Program-made: the position numbers and the translations under genes
The notes under the pieces: model-generated
What the model saw: the letters and a program-made list of their open reading frames with translations, nothing else
Told to the model about the DNA's origin: nothing
Database searches by the model: none
Shown here: positions 1 to 10,038 of the stretch, one piece after another
Numbering within the stretch: the first letter of the stretch is position 1
Layout: each line of letters opens with the position of its first letter
NCBI GenBank assembly: GCA_027036135.1
Contig: JALVSY010000007.1
Coordinates: 676,880-740,879, forward strand
Direction of reading: 5' to 3'
Origin: Pyrodictiaceae archaeon
GTDB lineage: Archaea > Thermoproteota > Thermoprotei_A > Sulfolobales > Pyrodictiaceae
DNA: 64,000 nucleotides

Positions 1-479
1 TTGAGCCATGTGGGGGAGTGTTTCACCACTATGTTTCTCCAGGGCTCGAACCCGGACAGTAGGAGAGAGACACCGATGGGCCCCGCCTTGCTCGTCTCGA
101 GCGTCACTAGGCCATTACCGATCCTCATTGCCTTGTTGATGAAGTCTCTGAGTGCGCTCGCTGAGAGGAACGGGGTATCGCTTGGGAGCACGAGCAGAGG
201 CCTATGCGGGATGAGCCTAGCCACTAGCGCTACGTCCTCGGGGTAGCCGCTGCCACTAAGCACGACACAGGAGTCGATGAACCCCAGGCTGCAGGCGCTG
301 CGCACCTCATTAGCTGTGAACGGTGACGCCGCGACAACTATGCTCTGCGCCACGCTCATCGCTACACGGGCCACGCGTACAAGCATGGGCTCGCCGCACA
401 CGGGCAGCATTGGCTTAGCCACGCCACCCATACGGGTAGCCCTTCCACCAGCCATTATGACCGCAACGAGGCGAGGCAA
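1..479 (-). CDS. cobY: Adenosylcobinamide-phosphate guanylyltransferase (CobY/MobA-like NTP transferase), 3' end outside window
   Basis: Not in ORF track. Manual translation from TTG 479 gives LPRLVAVIMAGGRATRMGGVAKPMLPVCGEPML...SGSGYPED...LVLPSDTP, the AGGxxxR..K nucleotidyltransferase motif; lies in cobalamin operon. Confidence 0.85.
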   Translation of the reverse strand, partial: MPRLVAVIMAGGRATRMGGVAKPMLPVCGEPMLVRVARVAMSVAQSIVVAASPFTANEVRSACSLGFIDSCVVLSGSGYPEDVALVARLIPHRPLLVLPSDTPFLSASALRDFINKAMRIGNGLVTLETSKAGPIGVSLLLSGFEPWRNIVVKHSPTWL

Positions 480-502
480 TTCTCGTTCCCGCAGATAGGG
501 GG

Positions 503-1579
503 CTAGATACCAGTGCCCAGGAGCTCGTCGTAGAGCCTTGAGAGGAGAGAGCCTATCAGCGCAGCCGCTATATCGTCTTCGAATACGGGTAGCTCGGCTA
601 TCCTGAGTCCTATGCGGTGCTTCTCCCTATCAACCCAGTAGGAGGCGAGGAGGCCCCGGAACCCAGCAATATAGTTCGCCAGCGCTACCTCCAATGCCTC
701 ATCGGCCACTATCCTCTTCGTGTCCTCTAGGAACTCTTCCCTAGAGACACCCGGTATGAGGCCAGCAGCCCCGTAGAGGTCAAGCTCCCTTGCAGCCAGT
801 ATGAAGCTCCACACATTGGGGTCTCTCAGCACCCTCCCCAGCATGGAGCGCAGCTTGCTCCTCACAACCTGCTCCGATACCCCGGGGACAGGGGCTACAC
901 GGTAAACCCTCATAGCCTCCTCAACTAGCTCCTCTACGTCTAGTCCTAGGAAGCCCCGCAGCCTCTCCCCGAGGCTTCTATCATCCCCCCTTATCACAGC
1001 GTTATGTACTAGCCTCGCGACAGCGTTGCCGAGCCTAGTAGCCATCCCGGCCCAGCGGGGACCACCGGGACTAATCCTGGCAGCAACAGCTACCGCGTCG
1101 GTCACTGTGCCAGGGCTCCTTGAGCTGCACCGTAGCCCGAGCATGCTCGAGGCAAGGCACTTCGCCTCAGCGGCGACGCGGTATAGGTCTAGTAGTGCTG
1201 GCTCACTGACCTCCCTCTCTACAACGACTACTATGTTTATAGTGCCGGGCCTGGGTGCCTCGTAGAGTTCTTCCTGCTCTATGCACACGGGTGGACGCAG
1301 CCCCACGGTAGCATAGACCGTTGCATACTCGTCCTCAAGCTTAATGTACTTGCCCTTCTCCACGGCTGTGAGAAAAACAATGGTTCTTCCTGGGTCTAGG
1401 CCGAGGTCCTCAGCAACCCTAGCCGAGTACTCGTCGATATCATCTACTTGGAACCCTTTATCCACGTAGTGGAGCACAACATGCTCTGCATCCACGAGGC
1501 CATGCATGCTCGAGGCTATCCTCAGCACACCGCCTAGGCTGATTACCAGGGAGTCGTTAACGAGTTTCTCGCTAGCCAC
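503..1579 (-). CDS. cbiS: Bifunctional adenosylcobinamide amidohydrolase / alpha-ribazole-phosphate phosphatase (CbiZ-CobZ fusion)
   Basis: N-half has CbiZ motifs GTINI, EAK, GTVTDAV; C-half has archaeal CobZ motifs DPNV, IVADE, FEDD. Confidence 0.85.
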   Translation of the reverse strand: MASEKLVNDSLVISLGGVLRIASSMHGLVDAEHVVLHYVDKGFQVDDIDEYSARVAEDLGLDPGRTIVFLTAVEKGKYIKLEDEYATVYATVGLRPPVCIEQEELYEAPRPGTINIVVVVEREVSEPALLDLYRVAAEAKCLASSMLGLRCSSRSPGTVTDAVAVAARISPGGPRWAGMATRLGNAVARLVHNAVIRGDDRSLGERLRGFLGLDVEELVEEAMRVYRVAPVPGVSEQVVRSKLRSMLGRVLRDPNVWSFILAARELDLYGAAGLIPGVSREEFLEDTKRIVADEALEVALANYIAGFRGLLASYWVDREKHRIGLRIAELPVFEDDIAAALIGSLLSRLYDELLGTGI

Positions 1580-1581
1580 GA

Positions 1582-2685
1582 CTAGGTCTTCCCCTTGCCC
1601 AGGACTCTCTCGTACTCCTCCTCGATTAGTCTCCTTAGCTCCTCTAGCCCTAGGCCGCGAGCAACGCCTAGTACTAGGGCTCCCCCGGCCCCGACGCCCT
1701 CCTTGACGAAGCCCTCGTCGTACGCTCTTAGTCCTCGGTGCCTGGTTCCCTGGAACGAGAACTTTGTAGCTATTACTGGGACGCTTGGCGCTATGTCTCT
1801 CACGAGCCCAGCCATATCAGCGCTTGCATCATTTATTATCCATGGGGTAGTGAGCACACCAATACGTTCCAGGGTGCCTGGGCTGGTTCTCGCGAGAATC
1901 GCTAATACCGCTGCCATCTGTGTTCCGCCAGCGAGGCCCACTAGAGCGCCTGCCTCAGCCGCGCCCCGCGCAAGCCCAGCTATCGATACATGGACTGGGT
2001 CACCGACTTCATCAATTTTCTCGAAGACGTCGCCTAGGCCGTGTGCCCGCTCAAGTGCTCTCATCACAACCCTTGTACGTAGATCGTGGGGGTTCTCGGC
2101 AGAGCTACTACTAACCCTGCCCAGGCCCCGGTACCCAAGGGCCTCGACAACGGCAGCAGCCACAGTGGTCCCACCGGGAATGGTCTCGCCCACTACGAGG
2201 ACGTCTAGTCGGCGTGCTATCCTAGAGCCTAGGAGGCGTGCCTCCTCGTAGAGCCTCCTCGCCGTGCCCCGTGGAAGCGCTGGCTCCTCGTCAATCCTGC
2301 CACCCATGTGCCTCGAGGGAAGAGCTACATGAGGTACTCGGGGTTCATAGGCACAGCCAGCATTGATTACTAGGACTGGCTCCCCCAGTGCCTCGAGGAC
2401 TGCACGCGTTATTAGGGCAGGTGTTGGTAAGCCCTCCGGCGACACTGGTACAACGTCAAGGGTTACTGGCTTACCCGCAAGGAGATACTCGACGTCAAGC
2501 GTCGGCGTGTAGAGCGTTGCCTCGGGACTAGGCCCCGCGATACTGATCCCGGGTACAGTGGAGGTCTTCGTGCTCCCCGCTACTACGCTGAAGAGGGTTC
2601 TCGAAGAGAGTTTCTCGAGAAGTCTCCCCGCCTGCTCCTCAGGCCCTATCACAACGAGGTCCTTATTCAAGGAGAGCTGCACCAA
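1582..2685 (-). CDS. cobT: Archaeal nicotinate-mononucleotide-dependent phosphoribosyltransferase CobT
   Basis: PGISIAG, PTPALITRA, GETIPGGTT, LAGGTQM, VKEGVGAGG motifs. Confidence 0.88.
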   Translation of the reverse strand: MVQLSLNKDLVVIGPEEQAGRLLEKLSSRTLFSVVAGSTKTSTVPGISIAGPSPEATLYTPTLDVEYLLAGKPVTLDVVPVSPEGLPTPALITRAVLEALGEPVLVINAGCAYEPRVPHVALPSRHMGGRIDEEPALPRGTARRLYEEARLLGSRIARRLDVLVVGETIPGGTTVAAAVVEALGYRGLGRVSSSSAENPHDLRTRVVMRALERAHGLGDVFEKIDEVGDPVHVSIAGLARGAAEAGALVGLAGGTQMAAVLAILARTSPGTLERIGVLTTPWIINDASADMAGLVRDIAPSVPVIATKFSFQGTRHRGLRAYDEGFVKEGVGAGGALVLGVARGLGLEELRRLIEEEYERVLGKGKT

Positions 2686-2721
2686 GCAATGTGGCTGGAC
2701 CCCGGGTCCAGTATTTACTGG

Positions 2722-3498
2722 CTACGCTGGCTTAACCGGTATAGGCACGCTACGCCCATCTATATTAGCCATCGCCACCTCTACCCCAAAGACCCTGGAA
2801 AGCAAGTTGGGCTCCAATACCTTCTCCGGGCCTCCCTCGGCCACCTTCCTCCCACCGCTCAGCACTATGACATGGTCAGCGTACAGGGAGGCAAGCGTCA
2901 TATCATGAGTAGCTATAATGACTATCCTGCCCTTCGCTGCCTGTGCCTCGAGCAAGGTGTAGACGAGAAGCCTGCCCCTTAGGTCCTGGAAGCTTGTAGG
3001 CTCATCAACCACGAGTGCCCTGGCTCTGCGGAGAAGCACGTGGGCTAGCTGGGCTCGTTGCCTCTCACCACTACTCGTGGCACTGAGAGCACGCCAGGCA
3101 AGTCCCTCGACTTGTAGGAGGCGCAGCGCTCTATGAGCATCCCTTATGTCCTCCTTGCTAGGCCCCAGGGCTAGCCCGCTCCTAGCCGGGTAGCGGCTAG
3201 CAGCGACGTACTCAACAACGCTCTGGCCCAGGCCGGGTGCTGGCAGCTCCGGGGGCATATAGGCTATCAGTCTTGCCCGCTCCCGTGGGGAAAGGGAGTA
3301 GATGTCGCGCCCCCCTAGCAGTACTTTGCCCTCCTGGGGGGCTAGGAGCCCCGCTAGGACTCGGAGAAGCGTCGTCTTCCCAGCACCGTTGGGGCCTAGG
3401 ATAACCGTTACCTTGCCCGGCTCGGCCTCTAGGCTAACCCTGCTAAGGACCCGGTAGCCCCGGAGCTTCACTGTTACCCCGGTTGCTTGAAGCGTCAT
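2722..3498 (-). CDS. Cobalamin/Fe-siderophore ABC transporter ATPase (BtuD-like)
   Basis: GPNGAGKTT, SSGERQR, VVDEPT, H-loop THD. Confidence 0.9.
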   Translation of the reverse strand: MTLQATGVTVKLRGYRVLSRVSLEAEPGKVTVILGPNGAGKTTLLRVLAGLLAPQEGKVLLGGRDIYSLSPRERARLIAYMPPELPAPGLGQSVVEYVAASRYPARSGLALGPSKEDIRDAHRALRLLQVEGLAWRALSATSSGERQRAQLAHVLLRRARALVVDEPTSFQDLRGRLLVYTLLEAQAAKGRIVIIATHDMTLASLYADHVIVLSGGRKVAEGGPEKVLEPNLLSRVFGVEVAMANIDGRSVPIPVKPA

Positions 3499-4463
3499 TG
3501 CCCTAGCCCAGCCTCCATCCTGACCAAGAGATATGCGAGGAACACTCCCCCAGTTATGGCTGTGACAAGGCCGCCAGGGACCTCGCCCATGTGCAGCACC
3601 ATGCTTATTGAGCGGGCAACAATGTCTGCCCCGAGAGATATTATTGAGCCAAGGAGAATGGTTGCTGGTATGCTGCGGGCAGGGTGACCGCCGACAAGCA
3701 AACGAGCAGCATTGGGCGCGATGAGCGAGACGAAGTAGATTATGCCCGCGGCGTAAACGCTGACAGCGCTGAGAGCAGCTGCTGTAGCAGTCGCTACCAG
3801 TCTTACGAGGCCAGGGCTGTACCCGAGGCTCGCCGCCACATCGTCGCCGTAGGAGAGGGCGTCAAGCCCCCTTGAGAGAAACAGCGCTATGATTGTACCC
3901 GCTACTAGGCCCAGGAGGGAGAGCAACACGCTATCCCAAGTAGCATAGGCGAACGTGCCTAGGAGGAGTAGTGCCGCGCTTATCCCGGCCAGGGCCTCAG
4001 CGATTAGGGTTAGGAGACTAGAGAGACCTGCGAGAAGGCTAGCAACCGCGATACCTGCTAGTACGAGGCCGGTTCTCGTGAGCCCTATCCTTGCCGCGAG
4101 AGCTACGCTCGCTAAGTAAGCTAGGAGACCACCTACAACACCAGCTATGAGGGGGAGTCCAAGGGGAGGGGAGCCTTGATAAACTATTATGACCAGCATT
4201 GAGCCTACAAAGGCTCCCTGCAGAACTCCGAGGATATCCGGGGATGCGAGGGGATTAGAGACAGCGTACTGGGTAAATAGCCCAGCGATGCCAAGTACGC
4301 CCCCAACGCCTATCGCCAATAAGGCTCTCATTAATCGTATTCTTAGCACAAGGCCTCGGAGCCCGCTAGGAGGCGAGACGCCTAGGGGTCCTAGGAACAA
4401 GCTCAAGATCAATAGGCCTAGAAGGGAAAAAATAAGCATAAGCCACGCTGTGAGACTCTTCAA
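3495..4463 (-). CDS. FecCD-family ABC permease (BtuC-like)
   Basis: NPLASPDILG, GDDVAASLG, GLVTAITG; hydrophobic. Confidence 0.9.
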   Translation of the reverse strand: MKSLTAWLMLIFSLLGLLILSLFLGPLGVSPPSGLRGLVLRIRLMRALLAIGVGGVLGIAGLFTQYAVSNPLASPDILGVLQGAFVGSMLVIIVYQGSPPLGLPLIAGVVGGLLAYLASVALAARIGLTRTGLVLAGIAVASLLAGLSSLLTLIAEALAGISAALLLLGTFAYATWDSVLLSLLGLVAGTIIALFLSRGLDALSYGDDVAASLGYSPGLVRLVATATAAALSAVSVYAAGIIYFVSLIAPNAARLLVGGHPARSIPATILLGSIISLGADIVARSISMVLHMGEVPGGLVTAITGGVFLAYLLVRMEAGLGQ

Positions 4464-4482
4464 GGCCTATTGCACCGCTCAG

Positions 4483-5619
4483 CTAGCTACTGGGCTTTAT
4501 GCACGCATAATAGCCTTCTAGGCTTGTCGGTGGCTTCACCTTGTCGGGATGAAGTATCGCTGCTAGTAGGTAGGCTGCATCAACTATCCCTACCGAGGGT
4601 CTGTTAATCTTATTCGTGGCCTCGCCGTAGACTACGCAGACGTGTCCCTCCTTGTACGCCTTGAGGTTCCTGAGCACGGTTTTCCCGAAGAACTCCTTAG
4701 TCTTATTGTACACTGTCTTGCTCATGCCAGTTACGATTATGTAGTCTGGATTAGTTTTTATGAAGTCTTCGAAGCCGACCATCTGCCACCCGTAAAGGTA
4801 GTGGAAGGCGTTCTTGCCCCCTGCCAGTGTTATCAAGGTGTCTTGGAAGGTGCCGCCACCCGTTACCCAGGCGCCGTTCTTGCCGAGGTATACCACCAGG
4901 GCTACGCTCGGCTTCGTGGTGTTGACCAGGAGCTTCTCTAGCTCATTAATCCTTGCCTCCATGCTGTTTATCACCTTCTTTGCCGCATCCGGCTTCCCTA
5001 GGAGCGTCGCTATCGCTGTCAAGTCCCAGTAGATGTCGCTAAGGCCCCGCGCCTTGTCGCAGCGAAGGAAGAACACCTTTACTCCGGCACTCTCTAGTTG
5101 CTTAGCCATCGCCTCCTGCGCGGGTACGCCGCTACAGGCTAGCACTAGGTCTGGCTTAGCACTGAGTATTTTCTCCACACTTGGCTGCCAGTAGCCGCCC
5201 ACATCAACCACGTTGCTTGGCAGCCCTTTAATACCCTTGGAGAAGGAGTCTACACCGACTATCTTGTCGCAGAAGCCTAGGGCACAGACATCCTCTGTTA
5301 TTGAGGGTGCGAGTGAGACTATTCTCGAGGCTGGCTTTGTTAAGACAATCTTCCTTCCAAGAGCATCAACAAGCACTATCTCCTTGGCCGTGACCGTGCT
5401 CGTCACGGTACTCGTCGCTGTCTTCACAACCGTTACCGGCTTCGTGGTCACTGTGGAGGAAGTGGCGGTAACCGTTACAGTGGTAGTGCTAACACTCGGG
5501 CTCGTAACAGTCACTGTTCGCGTCGCCGCCTTGCCAGCATAGTAGCCTATGGCAAGTCCTATTATTATCGAGATTATGACAGCTACTGTCAATATAGCTG
5601 GGCCTGGTCCACGCGGCAT
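4483..5619 (-). CDS. Corrinoid ABC substrate-binding protein (BtuF-like) with N-terminal anchor and Thr/Ser/Val linker
   Basis: DALGR..RIVSLAPSITE, VGVD, EKILSAKPDLV; ATG 5619 follows GAGGAGGTG RBS. Confidence 0.85.
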   Translation of the reverse strand: MPRGPGPAILTVAVIISIIIGLAIGYYAGKAATRTVTVTSPSVSTTTVTVTATSSTVTTKPVTVVKTATSTVTSTVTAKEIVLVDALGRKIVLTKPASRIVSLAPSITEDVCALGFCDKIVGVDSFSKGIKGLPSNVVDVGGYWQPSVEKILSAKPDLVLACSGVPAQEAMAKQLESAGVKVFFLRCDKARGLSDIYWDLTAIATLLGKPDAAKKVINSMEARINELEKLLVNTTKPSVALVVYLGKNGAWVTGGGTFQDTLITLAGGKNAFHYLYGWQMVGFEDFIKTNPDYIIVTGMSKTVYNKTKEFFGKTVLRNLKAYKEGHVCVVYGEATNKINRPSVGIVDAAYLLAAILHPDKVKPPTSLEGYYACIKPSS

Positions 5620-5765
5620 AGGGACGCACCTCCTCACATGTCCTCGAGTAAGACTTACAAAATGGTCCCCGGGTCCAGGTTAAAAACATAGATGCGCAAA
5701 CGTTGACAAAAACGGTACACAATAATACCTAGTGCCAGTAGCTATGAGCCTAATTGGACGATGCT

Positions 5766-5843
5766 AGGTCTTGATGAAATGTAGCAAAGCAGAGACCCTC
5801 CCCCGGGGAGGGCTCGGTGAAGACGCCGGCGACGCTGAGCCCT
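5766..5843 (+). ncRNA. Box C/D methylation-guide sRNA
   Basis: C TGATGA 5772-5777, 12-nt guide, D' CAGA 5790-5793, GC hairpin, C' GTGAAGA 5817-5823, 11-nt guide, D CTGA 5835-5838; intergenic. Confidence 0.8.
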
Positions 5844-5850
5844 TGTTCCT

Positions 5851-6402
5851 CTACGTGTTGCCGCATACCTGGTTTGCTCGCAGGATTGCTTCTTGGTAGC
5901 CGGGGTCTCGGCGTGCCAGTTCCTCGTATATCCTCTTCATATTAGCTTGTAGTGGCTCGAGACTGTTCCCGGTTAGCCTAAAGACGGCGTAGCTCATGCC
6001 CCCTACTGGTTCTAGTTTCTTGAGCGCCTTGGCTAGGCCTACGGCTTGCATCTCCTCTGTTATCTCGAAGCCCTTTGCTTCTTCCTCGAAGATGTGCTTG
6101 AGCAATGAGAAGGGGAGGAAGAGCCAGGCTAGGCGTGCTCCTAGCTTTATCCTTGGCATCTTTGGCGGAGCTGGGCTTGTCTCTGCTATCCTCTTTATCT
6201 CCTCTAGTTGCTCGGTCACCGATACCCTTGCGTCTAGGCGGCAATCAGCTGCTTTCTGCACAGCCTCTATGTAGGACACGGGGTGCGCTAAGAGGACGAC
6301 GCGGTACCTCTTCTCTAGGAATGGCCACGAGAACGCATCCAAGCCTATGAGCTTGTCGCCTAGCCTAGCGAGGTTATAGGGGACGAGCACTAGTTTCTCC
6401 AT
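5851..6402 (-). CDS. Hypothetical protein
   Basis: ORF with genome-typical composition; probable start ATG 6402 (track start 6447); no motif recognised. Confidence 0.6.
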   Translation of the reverse strand: MEKLVLVPYNLARLGDKLIGLDAFSWPFLEKRYRVVLLAHPVSYIEAVQKAADCRLDARVSVTEQLEEIKRIAETSPAPPKMPRIKLGARLAWLFLPFSLLKHIFEEEAKGFEITEEMQAVGLAKALKKLEPVGGMSYAVFRLTGNSLEPLQANMKRIYEELARRDPGYQEAILRANQVCGNT

Positions 6403-6532
6403 GGCCCATGACCTTGCCCGGTACACGTACCCGGTAAATAACTGCATTGCTTACAAGTAGCCTGCTATATAGGACTCGGGCCCCCGGGGACCTCGCTGCG
6501 CGGGAAGCTGTATCTAGGCCCAGGGAGCCTAG

Positions 6533-7099
6533 ATGTATAGCTCAGGGCGGCTTGGTATGAGCAAGGAGGAGCCCCGAATACTCGGCGAGGAGGTTCTCTG
6601 CCAGGGGCGCAAACTCGCCCTAGGCCAGGTTGTGGCCGAGATACGTGGCCGCAGAGTAGTCTTTGATGCGCTTCTGCACCCAGGCGCTGTAGCCATACTC
6701 GCCGTGGATGAGAAAGGCCGCGTTCTCCTCGAGAGACAGTTTAGGCCAATAATCGGGGAATGGATATACGAGGTTCCCGCAGGCACTATTGAGGAAGGCG
6801 AGGATCCGCGCGAGACTGTGCGCCGCGAGCTAGTCGAGGAAACAGGGTACGAGCCTGGAGCCATAGAACACCTCGTAACAATGTACACTAGCCCAGGTAC
6901 ATCCAAGGAGAGGCTATACATCTACCTAGCCAAGGACCTACGCTACCGAGGCGCTAGACCCGAGCAAGACGAGTTAATCGAGACTCTGTGGATCTCATTG
7001 GACGAGGCACTAGAAATGATAAGGAGGGGCGAAATAAAAGATGCCAAGACAATAGTAGCCCTCCTCTACTACAAAGCACTCTACAAAGAACATAAATAA
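6533..7099 (+). CDS. NUDIX hydrolase (ADP-ribose pyrophosphatase family)
   Basis: Nudix box GTIEEGEDPRETVRRELVEETGY; HPGAV, QFR, SPG, IKDAKT. Confidence 0.92.
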   Translation: MYSSGRLGMSKEEPRILGEEVLCQGRKLALGQVVAEIRGRRVVFDALLHPGAVAILAVDEKGRVLLERQFRPIIGEWIYEVPAGTIEEGEDPRETVRRELVEETGYEPGAIEHLVTMYTSPGTSKERLYIYLAKDLRYRGARPEQDELIETLWISLDEALEMIRRGEIKDAKTIVALLYYKALYKEHK

Positions 7100-7209
7100 T
7101 CACCATAGTATTTTAACGCATAATTAATGACTTGGCTACTTCCCTGCAAAAATCCACTAGGGCCCTAGCCTAGGCACACAACACCCTTCTCCCTAAGCCT
7201 CTCCTTCAC

Positions 7210-8517
7210 CTATAGGGTTGACGTCTCAACGGCCTTTCTTGCGTTGCTTATTGCTATTCTGGCTATGTCTTCCGGAGAGAACATCTCTAGGCTGGCTGGA
7301 GGCTGGTCAACGGCTCCTCGTAGGCATATTATGCCTATTTTCTCCGCCCCCGTTTTCCTTGCTCTCTCTATGGTCTTTTGGTAGTCGCTGTGCGCGCATT
7401 TGCCCATTTTTACCTCGTATGCAGCTATTGGTTTCTTCGCGGCTTTGTCTAGGACTACTATGTCTACGTCGCCTTCTCCGTGGGGTAGTATCGTGTAGCT
7501 CGGTATACCTCCGTAGTGTTCTGCTAGTAGCTCTGCTAGGCTGAACTGTAGCTCTCTCGCGTAGAGCGCTAGTGCTGTCTCCCTTAGCGTGCCCGGGGCC
7601 TCGGGATACTCATCTATTGCGTGCTTCTCTGCCAGCCCATAGACGATGGCGAGGAGCGGGGAGGAGTGGCGATAATAGACTCTCTTCCCACGGGTTCGCC
7701 ACAGCCTTGTCTTGGCCACTAGCCCCATGTCCACTAGTTTCTCTAGTACACCTGTCACGGTTGACGGGCTCGGGGTTTCTATGAGGCCTCTATGGTGTAG
7801 AATTGTTGCCAGTGTCCGTGAGTCCCAAACACCTGCTCCGAGGAGGCGTAGGACTGCCTCATAGAGCCTGGTTAGTCTTCGCTCCTCCTCGCTGAATGCC
7901 TCCCCTACGAGGCTCTGTGCAACACTGTAGAGTATGTTAGCGCTGTCCGCTATCCATTCCCATGGCTTGGCTGAGAAGACTCCGGGCATCGCTGATAGCC
8001 ATGGTTCCCGGAGTAGTACTCCCCATAGAACAGAGTCCAGGGGACCTAGGCGCGGGGTAAGTGAGGTGATTGCATCGCCTAGGCTTATGAGGCCTATCCT
8101 TACCGGGGCCACTAGGCCTAGTAGGGGGCTCCTTGTCGAGAAGACCTTGCTTACGACGCCTAGGCTTGAAGCTACTAGCACCAAGGCCCCATCGGGGTGT
8201 GCGAGGGCCAGCATTTGCCAGTATCTCTCCGGGAGCCTCTGGAACTCATCGAGCACTACTACACCCTCGTCTCGGAGGATGCTGAGTATTTCTCTCGCCG
8301 CGTCCTCGACGCTAGCTGTTCTTGGCTCGTGGCCACGGTGCTCCACTATGACCGTGTTATCCCTCGTGACTGTGGCGTAGAGCTCCCAGTCTACGAGGAG
8401 CCTTGCCATGAAGGTCTTGCCTGTCTTCCTCCTGCCGTAGAGTAGGAGCCAGCTCTCCTCCTCGGCTAGCCTCTTTAGGTACTTGAACTCCCTGCGCCAC
8501 AGAGTTATTCTGGCCAG
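7210..8517 (-). CDS. Archaeal ATPase (AAA + wHTH + C-terminal PD-(D/E)xK-like domain)
   Basis: Walker [10 protein letters not shown] lies in frame upstream of the track start 8409; Walker B VVLDEFQ; C-terminal DVDIV..YEVK; probable CTG start 8517 after GGTGG. Confidence 0.85.
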   Translation of the reverse strand: MARITLWRREFKYLKRLAEEESWLLLYGRRKTGKTFMARLLVDWELYATVTRDNTVIVEHRGHEPRTASVEDAAREILSILRDEGVVVLDEFQRLPERYWQMLALAHPDGALVLVASSLGVVSKVFSTRSPLLGLVAPVRIGLISLGDAITSLTPRLGPLDSVLWGVLLREPWLSAMPGVFSAKPWEWIADSANILYSVAQSLVGEAFSEEERRLTRLYEAVLRLLGAGVWDSRTLATILHHRGLIETPSPSTVTGVLEKLVDMGLVAKTRLWRTRGKRVYYRHSSPLLAIVYGLAEKHAIDEYPEAPGTLRETALALYARELQFSLAELLAEHYGGIPSYTILPHGEGDVDIVVLDKAAKKPIAAYEVKMGKCAHSDYQKTIERARKTGAEKIGIICLRGAVDQPPASLEMFSPEDIARIAISNARKAVETSTL

Positions 8518-8552
8518 AATATTCCACCCAGAATATTCCCGGGAGAATACTC
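8514..8552. repeat. 14-bp-period repeats of palindromic GAATATTC (candidate operator)
   Basis: CCAGAATATTCC at 8514-8525 and 8528-8539, AGAATACTC at 8544-8552. Confidence 0.55.
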
Positions 8553-8664
8553 GAGCTTAAGGGTTGTGTGCCGACTGGCTAGTAGTGGGAGCCAATTCTT
8601 AGGGAAAGGTTTAAATATACCACTCATCGAGGCTTTCTTTGTTCCTGGTGTAGCCGATGCGCCA

Positions 8665-10029
8665 ATGGCGTTAGACCCCATAAAAATCCGTGCACCCCAA
8701 GATGAGGAGATAGTGCCGAAACAGTGGTACAACATAGTGCCGGATCTACCTGAGCCTCTTTCCCCGCCACGCAAGCCGGACGGATCAATAGTTAAACCGG
8801 AGGAACTAGAAGCAATCTTCCCAAAGGAGCTCGTACGCCAAGAAATCAGCACAGAAAGGTTCATACCAGTACCAGAAGAGGTTAGGCAAGCCTACCTAGA
8901 AGTCGGTAGACCGACACCCCTCATAAGGGCTAGAAGGCTAGAGGAGCGACTAGGCACACCGGCCAAGATATACTTCAAGTACGAGGGAGTCCTCCCAACC
9001 GGGGCCCATAAGGCAAACACAGCTATAGCACAGGCTCACATGGCCGCCAAGGAGGGCATCGAGAGACTAACCACGGAGACCGGTGCCGGTCAATGGGGTA
9101 GCGCGCTCTCCTTAGCAGGTGCGCTCTTCGGCGTAAAGGTAAGAGTCTATATGGTCCGTATAAGCTACGAGCAGAAGCCCTACCGCCGAGTACTAATGCA
9201 GATCTATGGCGCCGAAGTGGTGCCTAGCCCGAGCAAGCTCACAGAGGTAGGTAGGAAGATACTCGAGGAGGACCCCGATAACCCTGGGAGCCTCGGCATT
9301 GCTATAAGCGAGGCAATAGAGGATGCCCTAACCCATCCTAATACGAAGTACTCGCTGGGCTCAGTTCTCAACAGCGTATTGCTGCACCAGACGGTGATAG
9401 GCCAGGAGGCAATGAAGCAACTAGAGCTACTAGGCGAGGAGCCGCCAACACACCTCGTGGGCTGCGTTGGAGGCGGGAGCAACTTCGCCGGGTTCACTTA
9501 CCCGTTCATAAGAGAGAAGCTGAGAGGAAAACTAGACGCCGAGATAATAGCCGTGGAGCCCAAGGCCGCTCCCTCGATGACGCGGGGCGAGTACCGCTAC
9601 GACTTCGGCGACACAGCTGGGCTAACACCGCTCATAAAGATGCATACGCTCGGGCACAGGTTCATACCGCCACCAATACACGCTGGCGGGCTAAGGTACC
9701 ACGGAGTAGCACCGAGCCTAAGCATACTAGTAAACCATGGAATCGTTAAGCCGGTAGCCTATAAGCAGACAGAGGTATTCGAGGCAGCAAGGATATTCGC
9801 TCAGGCAGAGGGCTTCGTAGCCGCGCCAGAAACAGCTCACGCCGTCAAGGCCGTGATAGACCTAGCACTCGAGGCTAAGAAGAAGAACGAGAAACGCATA
9901 ATAGTATTCAACTTCAGCGGCCACGGTCTACTAGACCTCAAGGGATACGAAGACTACCTAGCAGGCAGACTAGTAGATGTCGAGCCCGAGAGCTTCGACC
10001 TATCCTACCTACCACGCGTAGAGGGGTGA
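8665..10029 (+). CDS. trpB2: Tryptophan synthase beta chain type 2 (TrpB2)
   Basis: [15 protein letters not shown] (PLP Lys), [32 protein letters not shown]; ATG 8665. Confidence 0.93.
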   Translation: MALDPIKIRAPQDEEIVPKQWYNIVPDLPEPLSPPRKPDGSIVKPEELEAIFPKELVRQEISTERFIPVPEEVRQAYLEVGRPTPLIRARRLEERLGTPAKIYFKYEGVLPTGAHKANTAIAQAHMAAKEGIERLTTETGAGQWGSALSLAGALFGVKVRVYMVRISYEQKPYRRVLMQIYGAEVVPSPSKLTEVGRKILEEDPDNPGSLGIAISEAIEDALTHPNTKYSLGSVLNSVLLHQTVIGQEAMKQLELLGEEPPTHLVGCVGGGSNFAGFTYPFIREKLRGKLDAEIIAVEPKAAPSMTRGEYRYDFGDTAGLTPLIKMHTLGHRFIPPPIHAGGLRYHGVAPSLSILVNHGIVKPVAYKQTEVFEAARIFAQAEGFVAAPETAHAVKAVIDLALEAKKKNEKRIIVFNFSGHGLLDLKGYEDYLAGRLVDVEPESFDLSYLPRVEG

Positions 10030-10038
10030 CCGCCTATT

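Noticed and set aside
1595-2251. Long antisense ORFs (also 7934-8380, 13891-14433, 19692-20243, 49635-50237, 58925-59503)
   Set aside because: Ser/Ala/Pro-rich shadows of well-supported genes on the opposite strand
5380-5530. Repetitive-looking stretch
   Set aside because: Encodes the Thr/Val/Ser linker of the binding protein; not a DNA repeat array
5640-5850. Cobalamin riboswitch upstream of btuF
   Set aside because: No B12-box consensus, a TATA-like element lies close to the btuF start, and the structure is explained by a plus-strand C/D sRNA
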